DNA of 63,219 bases, the filler included, from Octopus bimaculoides (Eukaryota), in NCBI RefSeq assembly GCF_001194135.2. It is 8 parts of 7 records of this genome, joined end to end, with 100 filler letters (N's around TTAATTAATTAA, not from the genome) between each part and the next. Parts side by side here need not be neighbours in the genome. Positions count along the whole stretch, not along the records: positions 1 to 14,739 come from NC_068990.1; 7 more parts are not named here. The stretch is one strand, 5' to 3'. Below the pieces are notes generated by a model. The model saw nothing but the letters and a program-made list of their open reading frames with translations, was not told where the DNA came from and did not search any database. Shown piece after piece: positions 1 through 12,890 of this stretch (its first letter is position 1; every line of letters starts with the position of its first letter). The position numbers and the translations under genes are program-made.

Positions 1-36
<36 letters not shown>

Positions 37-587
37 CTATATATATATTTATCTATATATATATATATCTACGTATAGACCTATATGTGTATGAATGTAT
101 ATACACATGTATGTGACACTGTGTGTGTTCTGAAGCTTATATGTATGTGTGAATGTGTGCGTGTGTGAGTGTATGTGTGTGTGTAGTTATGCATACGCAT
201 ATGCGTAGATACATGGTCCTTGCGCATAAGTGCAAGCATGTTTATGAGGATGTGTATGCGTAAGTCCCTGGAGTGGAGGTTCTAGAATACTGAACTAGAA
301 TAAATATTGGTTTTGGTTTTCAACGTGTTTTTCTAATCCCAGGGACGATAATGACATGAAGTGAAGCAAAAAGAGAGGAATTACCAAAAGAACTGAATTA
401 CTTGACAAACAGTATTTCTCTGGGAAAGGCTTCTAATTCTCATTTCAGGGACGTTATTACGCATACGCCTTCACACATGTACACAGGCGCTCAAAAACGA
501 ACCCTCCCTCAATACGCACGCACACACATACGCACACACTCGCGCGCACTTACACTCACAAACATATATAGATACATACGTGTATAT

Positions 588-627
<40 letters not shown>

Positions 628-764
628 GATAGAAGNNNNNNNNNNNNNNNNNNNNNNNNNNNNNNNNNNNNNNNNNNNNNNNNNNNNNNNNNNNNNNNNN
701 NNNNNNNNNNNNNNNNNNNNNNNNNNNNNNNNNNNNNNNNNNNNNNNNNNNNNNNNTATACATA

Positions 765-895
765 TATACATATTTATATATGCAGAAGAAGGTGGAGGAG
801 GAGGAGGAGGAGGAGGAGGAGAAGGAGGAGAAGAAGAAGAAGAAGAAGAAGAAGAAGAAGAAGAAGAAGAAGAAGAAGAAGAAGAAGAAGAAGAA
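765..895. repeat. Compound (GAG)n/(AAG)n microsatellite
   Basis: Directly visible trinucleotide run; explains the poly-R/poly-F ORFs. Confidence 0.95.
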
Positions 896-962
896 TATTT
901 TCTGATTTTGGCACAAGGCTAGTAATTTTGAGGGGAAGATCAAGTTTGTTTTATCGCCCCGG
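896..962 (-). mobile_element. 3' tail fragment of tRNA-derived SINE family C
   Basis: ttttggcacaaggctagtaatttt..ttatcgcccc is the reverse complement of the tail of the copy at 20430-20636. Confidence 0.5.
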
Positions 963-1202
963 GGTGGATGGAGGTTAACGTTGTCTTCAGTATTAAAGAG
1001 TAGTAAGAAATGCTGTAACACGTTTCGTTAGATGCACAGACGACACTGGAAAGTCGCCGACTTGATAAGGATGATGATGATGATGACAACGATGACGATG
1101 ATGATTGTAATCATAACAATGATAATAGCGATAACAATTGCGACACCCTGAAATGTTCATATCCTACTCTAGTAATCCATATTAACCACAGACAATCATG
1201 CT

Positions 1203-1640
1203 CTAGCAAATATTTCTAAATAATCCTCCATTCGTATCGAAACCAGCTTTGGGCGGTCCAAAAATATGATAGTCGGAAGGGGCGAGATCTGAGCTGTGGT
1301 CAGGGTGTTCTAGCACCTTAAAATCTAATTGGTTAATGATTTCAACGATCTGGGTGGCTGTTTCTGGGCATACATTGGAATGCAACAACAAAACTTTCTT
1401 CGACAATAGGCTTCAGCGTTTAGTGCGAATTGCTGGCTTCAGCTCGTTGGCCAGCAAAGCACTGCATCTTGCAGTGTTGGTCGTAAACCACTTTTCCAGA
1501 GAAATCGGATCACTGCACTTTGTTCTTTTTTTGGTGCACATTGCTAGTGTTTGTAGTGGAATACAGAGATTGAGAGAGGAAATGAGAGTCAGTTCTTTGG
1601 CTGGCTACAAAGGACTGAAATGGTGAGCAAGTGACTTGTT
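1203..1640 (-). mobile_element. Internally deleted mariner (DD34D-type) transposase remnant
   Basis: Minus strand gives N-terminal (M)CTKKEQSAVIRFLW with a frameshift, then EKWFTTNTARCSALLANELKPAIRTKR and KKVLLLHSN...LEHPDHSSDLAPSDYHIFGP, matching mariner LLHDNA..HPPYSPDLAPSD. Confidence 0.85.
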
Positions 1641-2616
1641 CAGAGGGTAGAAGCTCTACTGTCAACGCAGAAGAAAATGCTGAAAAATATAAGCATTACT
1701 ATTTCTAAGTGATTCAGAGATTATCGTTTTTATGAGAGTGAAGTTTTTCCAATGACTATATTTCATATTTATCTGGATACAAATATTTAAAAGTAAATGT
1801 GTTTGCGTGACAATGAACTATTTAGTGCTAGATGAACTAAGATGTTGCGTGTGAAGTGTCCTGACCATGTGAACAGCGCCATGTTAGTGATATCATTTCA
1901 ACTACACCCATTCCAATCCGTTTCTCGATATCACACCATCTCGTTCATTAACATTTCGTATAGCTACATCCACTACAGTTCGTGACATTAATGTACGCAG
2001 TGGGAAAATTACATTAATAATATATAATCGCAATCCAATAGTTTATTAATAATACCATTATTACCACTATATTATTTTGTCATTCCTTATCCTTTGCAGT
2101 GTTACAGCTGTAAAGGCTACTTCGCTGGAATGAGAATTGGCACCACGGCGACAATAATGTCAAATACTTCACTCTAATTCTCTTCGTTTCTCATCCCTAA
2201 ACAATAGTACAATTGTCATCATGTCCCTTTACATACCTCTTCAATTTTTAATTTCTATTTAATATTTAATTAGGCCTCATCAACTCTAAGTACTATCGCT
2301 GTATGAGAATCTTTGTAACACATATTTTACATGAAATGTTTTGTAAACCAAATTACGTTCCTTGAATATGAATATAAATATATCACGAATATGACCCATC
2401 AATCCAGTAAATACCAGTGAAGCCAACGAGCGTCCCTCTTCAGGATTGCTCATTTTACATTGTAAAAGAGTTAAATCCATTACAAATTATAGACTACCAA
2501 TTATGAAGGAGATATATTCTCGTTAATAATAGTTTTAAGTATTGTAAACTCGAACTCGAAACAATACTGTCCTTTCATATTCAGGCGCAACATGTCTAAT
2601 ACAGTTCTATATTTAA

Positions 2617-2773
2617 GAGATGAGGAAATATGTACGTTATTGACATTTGACGGATATTTGTCCTCATCTTGTTTGTTGCTAACACAATGTTTCGGCTGAT
2701 ATACCCTCCAGCTTTCTTCAGGTGTCTTGGGGAAATTTCGAATTTGTGTTCTCATTCCTAAGGTATTTTTCGA

Positions 2774-2778
<5 letters not shown>
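2617..2778 (-). mobile_element. Penelope-like terminal repeat (pLTR) fragment with degenerate hammerhead motif
   Basis: Homologous to 3082-3215 and 32043-32205; the last copy lies directly downstream of a Penelope GIY-YIG ORF. Minus strand reads gacac-CTGAAGA-aagctgg..tcagcc-GAAAC-ATT-gtgtt. Confidence 0.75.
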
Positions 2779-3081
<303 letters not shown>

Positions 3082-3215
3082 CATCATCGAAAAATACCTT
3101 AGGAATGAGAACCCAGGTTCGAAATTTCCCCAAGACGCCTGATGAAGGCTGGACGGTAGACCAGCCGAAACGTTTTAACAACAAACAGAGTGAGGACAAA
3201 TATGTCTAATAATAT
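3082..3215 (+). mobile_element. Penelope-like pLTR fragment, inverted relative to 2617-2778
   Basis: aaaataccttaggaatgagaacccaggttcgaaatttccccaagacgcctgatgaagg... is the reverse-complement match of 2680-2775. Confidence 0.75.
3134..3179 (+). ncRNA. Minimal type I hammerhead ribozyme motif (core intact, stem I damaged)
   Basis: CTGATGA-a-GGCTGG-acggtaga-CCAGCC-GAAAC-GTT: intact core, 6-bp stem II, palindromic ACGT stem III typical of dimeric PLE hammerheads. The 3' strand of stem I has a deletion in this copy. Confidence 0.6.
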
Positions 3216-4884
3216 AATTTTCAAAATGTTCTGCACTTTTAAGATGGTAGAGTGTTCGTTGAAGTAGTTGTGGCCAACACATCCATAAGATAAAGTTAAA
3301 TTCCTTTCTTTGGCATGAATATTGATCACATGTTCACGTATAAGATCGATAAATGATTATCGATGAACCAATATAGTGTGCATCTGAGAAACCGCATCAA
3401 GTCAGTCTTAATGACTCAAACCCTTTGTCTTGCTTACCACAATTCAAATGTTTTGCAGAACAACGGCAGAGATTAAATGTTTTATGAAATGTAGACAAAA
3501 GACGAGCGAGCTTCCGATGTGTGGTTGTTAGATTTAATAAGAGATACATTCTTAGATTCCTCCTTTTACATAAATATTGGTTATACATTCACCTATAGCC
3601 AAATATACGTATATCAAGGAATAAATCAATAGAAATGCTGTTTTCAAAATAGAAACAAGAAAGATGATATAAATATGCCGCAAAGTGAAACTAATCTTTT
3701 CCGGTCATCTGACTAAAATTTTTCAGTTTCTTTTTTCTTCATCTTTACTAGGGTATCTAGTAATTCTCCAGGCTTTTAAGGGGTACGAGACCAGCACTTT
3801 TTCAGATAGCTTTAATCTTAGCTGCTTAGTCAATATGACTTCTGCTATGTTAAAATTTAAAACAACCGTATTTGATAAGGGATTAATTTCTACTTTACTA
3901 GTCAAAGAATGTCTGAGAAATTCCAATATATCACCAATCTATTTTAAATCGATTCATTATCATAGTATGCAGATTACATGAGTAAGTCAACGAATATTAG
4001 TGTATATATATNNNNNNNNNNNNNNNNNNNNNNNNNNNNNNNNNNNNNNNNNNNNNNNNNNNNNNNNNNNNNNNNNNNNNNNNNNNNNNNNNNNNNNNNN
4101 NNNNNNNNNNNNNNNNNNNNNNNNNNNNNNNNNNNNNNNNNNNNNNNNNNNNNNNNNNNNNNNNNNNNNNNNNNNNNNNNNNNNNNNNNNNNNNNNNNNN
4201 NNNNNNNNNNNNNNNNNNNNNNNNNNNNNNNNNNNNNNNNNNNNNNNNNNNNNNNNNNNNNNNNNNNNNNNNNNNNNNNNNNNNNNNNNNNNNNNNNNNN
4301 NNNNNNNNNNNNNNNNNNNNNNNNNNNNNNNNNNNNNNNNNNNNNNNNNNNNNNNNNNNNNNNNNNNNNNNNNNNNNNNNNNNNNNNNNNNNNNNNNNNN
4401 NNNNNNNNNNNNNNNNNNNNNNNNNNNNNNNNNNNNNNNNNNNNNNNNNNNNNNNNNNNNNNNNNNNNNNNNNNNNNNNNNNNNNNNNNNNNNNNNNNNN
4501 NNNNNNNNNNNNNNNNNNNNNNNNNNNNNNNNNNNNNNNNNNNNNNNNNNNNNNNNNNNNNNNNNNNNNNNNNNNNNNNNNNNNNNNNNNNNNNNNNNNN
4601 NNNNNNNNNNNNNNNNNNNNNNNNNNNNNNNNNNNNNNNNNNNNNNNNNNNNNNNNNNNNNNNNNNNNNNNNNNNNNNNNNNNNNNNNNNNNNNNNNNNN
4701 NNNNNNNNNNNNNNNNNNNNNNNNNNNNNNNNNNNNNNNNNNNNNNNNNNNNNNNNNNNNNNNNNNNNNNNNNNNNNNNNNNNNNNNNNNNNNNNNNNNN
4801 NNNNNNNNNNNNNNNNNNNNNNNNNNNNNNNNNNNNNNNNNNNNNNNNNNNNNNNNNNNNNNNNNNNNNTATATATATACATAT

Positions 4885-5133
4885 GTAATACACTGCCTAA
4901 ATACCAATCTCGAGAAATTAGGCTTCTCAAAACCAGAAAGGAGAACGCTAATTCGAAGACTACAAATCCAATCCATCACTGGAACTGTAAAAATCTGTAA
5001 AATTTTCCAGAAGTTTATCATTTAAATATATATGAGAATGTTTAGATATGTAGCTATATGCATGAGAATACATGCATGAAACATAGAAATCTGCAGATAC
5101 ATAGACACATACATACTAACATGCATACATACA

Positions 5134-5167
<34 letters not shown>

Positions 5168-5300
5168 CGTACGTACGTACATACACAAATACCCAGTTGT
5201 TGATGCTGAAATTCCAACGAAGGAACCTAGTATCTAGGTTAGAAACCGGTTCTTTCTCTATTGGTAAGAAATCTTAAAGTAAACTGAATAATGACACACA
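4885..5300 (+). mobile_element. 3' end of an R4/Dong-type (RLE) non-LTR retrotransposon
   Basis: YVIHCLNTNLEKLGFSKPERRTLIRRLQIQSITGTVKICKIFQKFII* resembles the C-terminus of RLE-type ORFs; same family as 55985-56140; followed by a (CATA)n-containing putative 3' UTR. Confidence 0.65.
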
Positions 5301-6079
5301 TACATACATACATACATAATTACATACATACATAATATATACATACATACATACATACATACATATATGATTAGATGCACTCTTTGGGCGTTAATCCCCC
5401 TATTCATGTTTCAGTTGATTTTGTTAATCACACTAAAGTCCCACCTCTCTGTATTCACACAGGATCCCTGCGCAATCTGACGTGGTCTATATGGGAATAT
5501 AGGAACACATCACTAACGAGAGGTAAAGGAACATAGGTTTGAATATGCTAATCCTTTATTTCATCTCTTACCGATGCTTCAGTATTCAGTAACACTTCTT
5601 AATGGCAGTATGCATAAGCAAACATCCTCAGACAGAAAAACTTCTCTCTGAGGACGTATTTGCTTTAGCATACTGCCCTTGCGAGATAAACCTACAGACT
5701 GCATCTATAGTGTAGCGTTATGTGTTACTGAATAGTGAAGCATATATAAGAGATAAAAATAAAGAAGTACCAAGTTAAAGCCCAAGATCTTATCTTTAGC
5801 TTAGGAAAAACGTTAGTGCCGTTCGAATTTTCATATACATTATAGATATTGTATATATAGTTGTTCCAATTTAATGCAAACATACACACTACACACAAAG
5901 ACACTCACACACACACACAAACACACTCACATATATATATATATGTATANNNNNNNNNNNNNNNNNNNNNNNNNNNNNNNNNNNNNNNNNNNNNNNNNNN
6001 NNNNNNNNNNNNNNNNNNNNNNNNNNNNNNNNNNNNNNNNNNNNNNNNNNNNNNNNNNNNNNNNNNNNNNNNNNNNNNN

Positions 6080-6114
<35 letters not shown>

Positions 6115-6149
6115 CACACACACACACATATATATATATATATGTACTC

Positions 6150-7336
6150 AATTGATGTTTATTCTTTCCAGATTAATCCCAATGGAATTAATGATGGCAG
6201 TCAGACTAAGCTCTGAACAAAGGAAATTCATTCTAAAATGCTACTGGAAGTATGAAAACGCAGTTGAAGTGCAAAGACAGTGTAGGAGAGAGTTTCAAAC
6301 AGATCCACTAACGTGATTTACCATCACTCGAATTACAGATAAATCTGAAGCCGATGGAGCTGTTCAGAATGTCCACGAGAAGCGTTCAGGAAGACCATGA
6401 GCATCGACAACTCCCACAAAGCAAGAAGGAGAGCTGAAAACATATCACCAAAGTCCCAGAAAATCTGTGCGACAAGCGAGTTGTGAGGTAGGTATTTCAA
6501 AATCGTCTGTCCAACGCATTTTGAAGCGTTGTCAATGGAAAAGTTACGTTCCAAGATTAGTCCATGGTATTAATGACGATAATCCAGACCGAAGAGTGTA
6601 GTATTGCAAGTGGTACTTCGCACGATGTGTAGAAGATGCACATTTTCCAACAAAGATTGTGTGGAGTGATGAAGCCACATTCAAATTAAATGGTTCAGTT
6701 AACCATCACAATAACACCTACTGGAGACCTGAGAATCCGCATGGTCTGGTTGAACACCATGTTTTGGTGTGGCTTAGCATCAAGAGGATTAATTGGCCTA
6801 TTCTTTTTTTACGCTACTTTGACTTGTCCCGGTTACTTGAACTTGTTGCCACAGCCGGTTATGCCAAGCATTAGTGAAGATGAGGAGTTTTAATTCAGCG
6901 TGATGGGACACCCCCACACTACCATCGCGATGTTAGATCCTTCCTTGATGAGATCTTGTCAAACAGGTGGACGAAGATGTTTCGTTGAATACCCTCCGCG
7001 TTCATTAGGCCTCACACCACTAGACTTTTTTTATGGAGATACCTAAAAGACAAAGTCTACGCTATGAAACTTTTGTAACAGTCACTGATTTGAGAGCAGC
7101 CATTGAACGAGAATGCACACAAATACCAAATGAAACCTTTCGTGATGTTTGCGATTCCATTGCTTCCAATGTCAGCAGTGCTTGGACCAGAACGGGCGTC
7201 TGCTTGAAAACAGGCGTTGACGAACCAATAAAATAATGTCTGTAGATTCTATTAAATTTTGAAAATGAAATGTATTTTAATAAACATCTACTTTACAATT
7301 ATTTAAATTGTGTATACATTTTTTGGGGACACCCTG
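6150..7336 (+). mobile_element. Near full-length decayed Tc1/mariner-superfamily transposon (rosa/DD41D-like); transposase pseudogene about 6191-7220
   Basis: MAVRLSSEQRKFILKCYWKYENAVEVQRQ (HTH), [65 protein letters not shown], with stops and frameshifts. Right TIR ...ttttggggacaccctg is followed by TA (7337-7338); left TIR is absent or in the gap. DD41D spacing is inferred after restoring a small deletion. Confidence 0.9.
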
Positions 7337-7766
7337 TATATAGACTTAAATGCGTAAAAGCACACATATTGTGATTTATTTCAATGCTTTCTTATGAGAA
7401 TTCTGATCGTCAAATTAGTGTTTGAATATTTTAAATTAGACTAAGAGCGTTTAGCCATTTCTTACTTAACTTCTCTCTAGTGTATGATACGGAAATTTTA
7501 TTTGGTGTGAGAGGGATCTTTATAGTCAATAATCTACAATTTACTTGGTTGCTTTAATTAATCTGGTACATACCAGAGAGACAGAACTGGCAGAAATCGT
7601 GTTTAGTGTCCTTCTCTTTAACCTCGGTTCGTTGTGTTCAATTACAATATATATTACTGCAGACTATACAAAAGCAATAGTGGAGCAGTCTCTAGGAAGT
7701 TTCTGTACAGATTCTATTATGCCAAATTATGCATATATGTATATATATATATATAAGATAGCCCAT

Positions 7767-8040
7767 AAGTAATAGTCATTAGGTATTTCTGTATTGTAGT
7801 AAAATTGACATACAGCTGTTTCCAGTAGTCATTATAGATTTGTTATTAATTTGTTTTACTCGAAAATTGAACCACCTGGCTATTTATTTCTGCTTTCGTC
7901 AGAGTTCTTTCTAGTCCTAAATTTTCAGTTGATCAATGAGTCGACTGAGTGAGCCAATCAATAACAAACCTAAAATGACTACTGGAAGCAGCTGTAAGCC
8001 AAATTTACTACAGTACAGAAATATGTAATGACGATTATTT
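7767..8040. repeat. MITE-like element with ~80-bp inverted arms
   Basis: 7767-7847 is the reverse complement of 7960-8040 (gtcattaggtatttctgtattgtagtaaaatt..cagctgtttccagtagtcatt); ~110-bp spacer. Confidence 0.8.
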
Positions 8041-8629
8041 ATACCTTGTCACGTGTATTACTCTGTGTATTAAAAAAAATTGTACGACAGGAACACAACA
8101 ATTGATTTACAATTCAGAATGGCTATGAACTATAACCTCGGACACAGCTAGTTTGTCTTGTCTGTTTCTTTGTTTCTGTATTTTGTGTGCTGATTATATT
8201 TGTATTTTGTCTGACACTATAACTATGGGTTTAGTTTTGTCTGAAAATTGCTGAAAAAAAAGGCTTCTTTGGGTATTCATTCTCATGCTGAGCGAAGTGA
8301 CAGTATGGTCTAATGCAGGATTTATTGAAAGCTATCACCTGAAGATGCGCCTCTTATTCCTGTGGTGTATGATAGTGATTACACATTATGTTAATTATAT
8401 CACCTCACCAATGTACTACGAATGTAAAAATGCGTCGAAACGATTGAAGTGAATACTAAATAAAAAATGCTGTTCAATCCATTTTCTATGTATATGCGTA
8501 TATGTGTGCGTGTTTCTGCGAACGTGCGTGTTTGTGTGTGTGCGTTATTTTTGTATATCGTTTTATGCATTCATTTTATCGTCCGTCTATCTCTCCTGCC
8601 ATATATTATATAACTATTAAATATCAGTT

Positions 8630-8696
<67 letters not shown>

Positions 8697-9002
8697 NNNN
8701 NNNNNNNNNNNNNNNNNNNNNNNNNNNNNNNNNNNNNNNNNNNNNNNNNNNNNNNNNNNNNNNNNNNNNNNNNNNNNNNNNNNNNNNNNNNNNNNNNNNN
8801 NNNNNNTCCGATCTTATATATATATATAATTCGTGTTACGCTTAGAAGCGATGCATGCTACAATAATTTCCGGCTCCAATCGCATAGAACGAACCATTCC
8901 AGGAAATCTTTGTCATAGTATACGTCTGAATAGATTTACGAGAGGGTAGACTGTACAGGAAATGTAATCATTTAGCATAAAAAAGGAACCCAATCAACTA
9001 AT

Positions 9003-9179
9003 GATATTTTGAGTGCATTTAAATCATAAATTTCAGATAATTGCGCAATAGGTAAAAAGGGGATTTCATACCGTACATGAGATTTTCTCCAGTGAAGACA
9101 CGTCAAGATTCTGTTGTTTTTTTTTTTTATATTTTACGCAATTGTCTGAAGTGTACGCATTAAATGCATTGAAAATATC
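9003..9179. repeat. Decayed inverted repeat with ~47-bp arms
   Basis: gatattttgagtgcatttaaatcataaatttcagataattgcgcaa versus the reverse complement of tttacgcaattgtctgaagtgtacgcattaaatgcattgaaaatatc. Confidence 0.6.
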
Positions 9180-9818
9180 AGAACTTGGTTTGATTTCGCT
9201 CTTTCTTTATTTATGGACGACGGAGATCCATCACTAATACATTTATGTGTGTGCAAGTGTGTGTGCGTGTATGTGTGTGTGTGTGTGCGTGTATGTGTGT
9301 GTGTGAGTGTGTACCTGTGTGCGCGCGTCGACGTATGTGTGTATATGTGCGTTTATGTGTGTATAATGTTCGTTCCCCGATGTCCACCTTGAGGATTCAT
9401 TTGTTCGACCAATTGAATTAACCACGTTTAAATTGATGTACAAGTGAAAGGGATGTGCGCAGACAAATGTGCATTTATTCTTAGCAAGAATCCGGATTTT
9501 TAACAAGGGTACGTTGCGGCTGTGTATTCAAGATTACATGTAGAATTTAGCCGACAAAATCGTATATAATATGTGTCCGCTCGATTTCACATCCAAGGTA
9601 TATGTCAAGACGAGACTACAACAGATGACAGCCAAAATTTTACGAACTGAGACCGAGCATGGTAACTCGTGGCGGCAAAGTGACCGTCATACACACACAC
9701 ACGTACACACACACACACACACACACACATACACACACACATACATACACACATACATACATACATACATACATTCATATATACATGCATGCATAAATCT
9801 GACAGAAAGAGCTGGTTA

Positions 9819-9908
9819 GTTCGCTGGTGTAATCAGTAACATACTCAATCGCATAAACAAAAGGATGTGGGCTCGAGTCCCACGCATGGGGAAAAGCCTG
9901 CTTTTTTT
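9819..9908 (+). ncRNA. tRNA-like pseudogene / Pol III element
   Basis: A-box-like TGGTGTAATCAG, T-arm GTGGG-CTCGAGT-CCCAC, downstream T-run; homologous to 50588-50660. Confidence 0.55.
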
Positions 9909-10363
9909 CTGTCCAGGTCTCAAATGCCCCATTATTAGACTATTCTCTTTCGTCAATGCACGGTGATCGCAATAAGCTTTGAGCTTATCAAATACTATTA
10001 TTATTTACAGAATATATATATATGCGTGTATGTATGCACACATATATATATGTATATATACACATATACCCTTGCTTGTGTGTGTGTGTTTTTTAGTTAT
10101 TTAACTTACAGATTCGAAGCCAGTCCCCAGCAAAGTGACTGCCAAGGTTCTTCTGTTAAACTCATGGCAGTCTTTTGTTATCCGAATGAGTTGTGAACCT
10201 GTTAGTTGTCGCGTGTTTATGCATATGTGACAATGTAGGGATAGGTATGCTCTCTCGCAGTGGCTATGAATGTCGGCTTAGTATGTTAGTGTGTGCGCTT
10301 CAATACACCCCATGTGTATGTGAGTATTTGATATAAATATATATATATATATANNNNNNNNNN

Positions 10364-10407
<44 letters not shown>

Positions 10408-11153
10408 ATTCTGAAACACAGCAAACGTATGATTTTAAGTACAAATGAAATTCTACCTATGATTATATGTACGTATCTAAATGTGCCTAATTACATGCAG
10501 ACGCATACACACACGCGAGTTCCCATTCATACATACACACGCAGTTGCACCCCCCCCACCTCACACACAAAGACACACATATGGTTTCGCAAAAATGAGC
10601 ATGCACTCGTTCAAGTCAGAGTTTATTAAAAGTCAGCATTTATTAGATTACATATACATTTCAAAATTTAATTCAATCTACAAATAGACTTTTATATTTC
10701 AATGAACGCTGCTTCTAAAAGTGATTAGCGTTCTCGTCAAGACACCCTGATAACGCGAAGCTATGGAATAACAACCGTCATACGTGTGTGTATCTGTGTT
10801 GCGTGCACGCGCGTTGCTTCTGTTCCTAATAAGCAACGTATATAGATATATAATTATAACAAGGGCTTCACTTGTGCCTCACCACCCACTGAAAAATGGA
10901 CGTCAAGATACACTATTACCACCTTAAGTTCTCCGAGAGACAAGACACTATATAAAAGGCTAGTAAAAGAAAGAAAATGAATCAAAACTTCGATTCACCG
11001 CGTACATGATCGTGTTTCGGGCGTAAAAATACGAGTGGCCAAAGATATGTCAACGAACTGCGTCTTCGCTCAGCTTATATCCGTTGAGACTCCGTGCTGA
11101 CCACTTAGTATAAATCATCAATGGTTTTAACCCTTTATTATATATACATATTC

Positions 11154-11202
<49 letters not shown>

Positions 11203-11221
11203 TGTGTGTGTGTGTGTGTGT

Positions 11222-11500
11222 AAAGGGTAAAAACCACCTTCGATCATGAATGGCCATGGGATTGCACGTGGAAAGTTCCCCTTCCGAGGCATAAGTCTAG
11301 TCAGTCACTCATGCATATCAGCCTCCGCTCTCCATGTCAACGTGGAGAGGCGAAGTACGATACAGCTTGCCACCAGTGACGTCATAAATCATTTGCACAA
11401 ATGAGTGAACTGGACTGACCTGAAATGAAGTGTCTTGCTCAAGAACACAAGACACGGCCCGGTCCAAAAAACCAAGCTCACTACCTCCTCACTGGGTCAT
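11222..11500 (-). mobile_element. SINE with V-domain-like core
   Basis: Minus strand ttgtgttcttgagcaagacact resembles the V-SINE central domain; the head is degenerate. Confidence 0.55.
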
Positions 11501-12447
11501 GTCATTTCACACATACACATACATACACACACATGTACACATACATATATACGTGTGTGTACATAGATACACACATACATATGTACGTACACACACACAT
11601 ACACACATATGTATGGGTACACACATACACACATACATACATATGTTCGTATACACACACAAATATGTATATATGTACGTATTTATATGTTTACTATCAA
11701 TCTCACAGTGAGATTAAATAAGCAAGATGTACTTCACCTTTCTCATAAGTCGATACTGGTTAGATAATAATTTTTGCTCTAAAGTATTCCTTCTCATTCC
11801 ATCAGATTCATCACATTATCTCCCACAATTGGCAGAGTGAAGCTGTTTCATTCTGTGTCTCTGTATGTTTTAGTTTTAATCGTATGCTAATAAGAAACCA
11901 CCCACCCATCAACACTTCTTTTTTTTTTCAGCAATGCTCTTAATGACGTTCTGCTATGATCATTAAGGTGATCAAATTACATCTTTATGCAGCACATCTG
12001 TTTCTGATTGGCAACTCGAGCAGGAGAACAGTGAAATGTTTTGTGAGAAATCAGTAATCTCTATTCGCTAGATGCTGTTAAATTAACTTTTAATAGAGTT
12101 AGTGTAGTTCCTACTGACATGTATACATGCACCCGTACATAATGTATACATGAATCATGAATATATATATATAAATACATACATACATACATACATACAT
12201 ACATACATACATACATACATACATACATACATAAATACTTACATACACACAAATTTTCTCGGATCGGTAGAGATTTGTTGAATGATAATTAGGTTGTAAG
12301 TTAGTTTATGATTGAACGGTAGTATGGGAGGCTCTTACAGATTAAATTTGGGATTGTTATTGTTCAGGATTCGACCATGTGTGTAGAACATAGAATCCTG
12401 GTGAGTATGTTTAGCTATGTCACTTCAGGTTAAGGAGTTGTTTTTTT

Positions 12448-12617
12448 CAGGGGTTCATAAAAGATTGTAGATAAGTGGGAAATGGGATGTCACTAGGTTT
12501 AGTTAATTGTTGCTGGTTTTATTTGGATATATTGAGATATTTAACATTTTACTTTGTTTGCAAATGTGAAAGTTAAAGAAACTTTGAAACTACTTACATT
12601 ATTTTATGAACCCTTAA
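12448..12617. mobile_element. Short Tc1-type MITE
   Basis: Terminal inverted repeats aggggttcataaaa (12449-12462) and ttttatgaaccctt (12602-12615). Confidence 0.5.
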
Positions 12618-12719
12618 ACACTCTATGACCTAAAAATTGACACATCTAAATAAACACACCTAATTACAGAGTTTTAAATACTGGACTGGAGTCTGAATTG
12701 TTGACCATTGTCTGTTTTC

Positions 12720-12890
12720 TGTATGCTACTCTGATAATAAAATAGTTACGTATTTTCTGTTTCTTAGAAGGAGGGCTTCACGGACTACATTTTACAGAGT
12801 GTCTGAAGCTCGCGTGAGGGAGGGCGAAGGTCCTTAAACCTGAGACCTGGCCTGAATACTCGAAAATCTGCAAAAGCTAAGGTGATAGAT
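12720..12890 (+). promoter_or_regulatory. Possible promoter / first exon
   Basis: Locally GC/CpG-richer unique sequence with GGACTACATTTT (resembles the ZNF143/Staf ACTACAnTTCCC motif) and a possible donor AAG|GTGATA near 12881. Confidence 0.2.

Noticed and set aside
3240-3930. Possible hAT transposase remnant (GCVGH, a CxxH-like motif)
   Set aside because: A single short motif; no other hAT blocks or TIRs found.
3974-5025. Long ORFs of 200-340 aa here and at 34.3-35.0, 36.1-37.1, 49.1-49.7 and 60.2-61.1 kb
   Set aside because: They are translations of N gaps.
12368-12400. 33-nt micro-exon with good splice sites (DSTMCVEHRIL)
   Set aside because: Lies in repeat-like DNA next to a MITE, its ends form an 8-bp inverted repeat, and no link to other exons can be shown.
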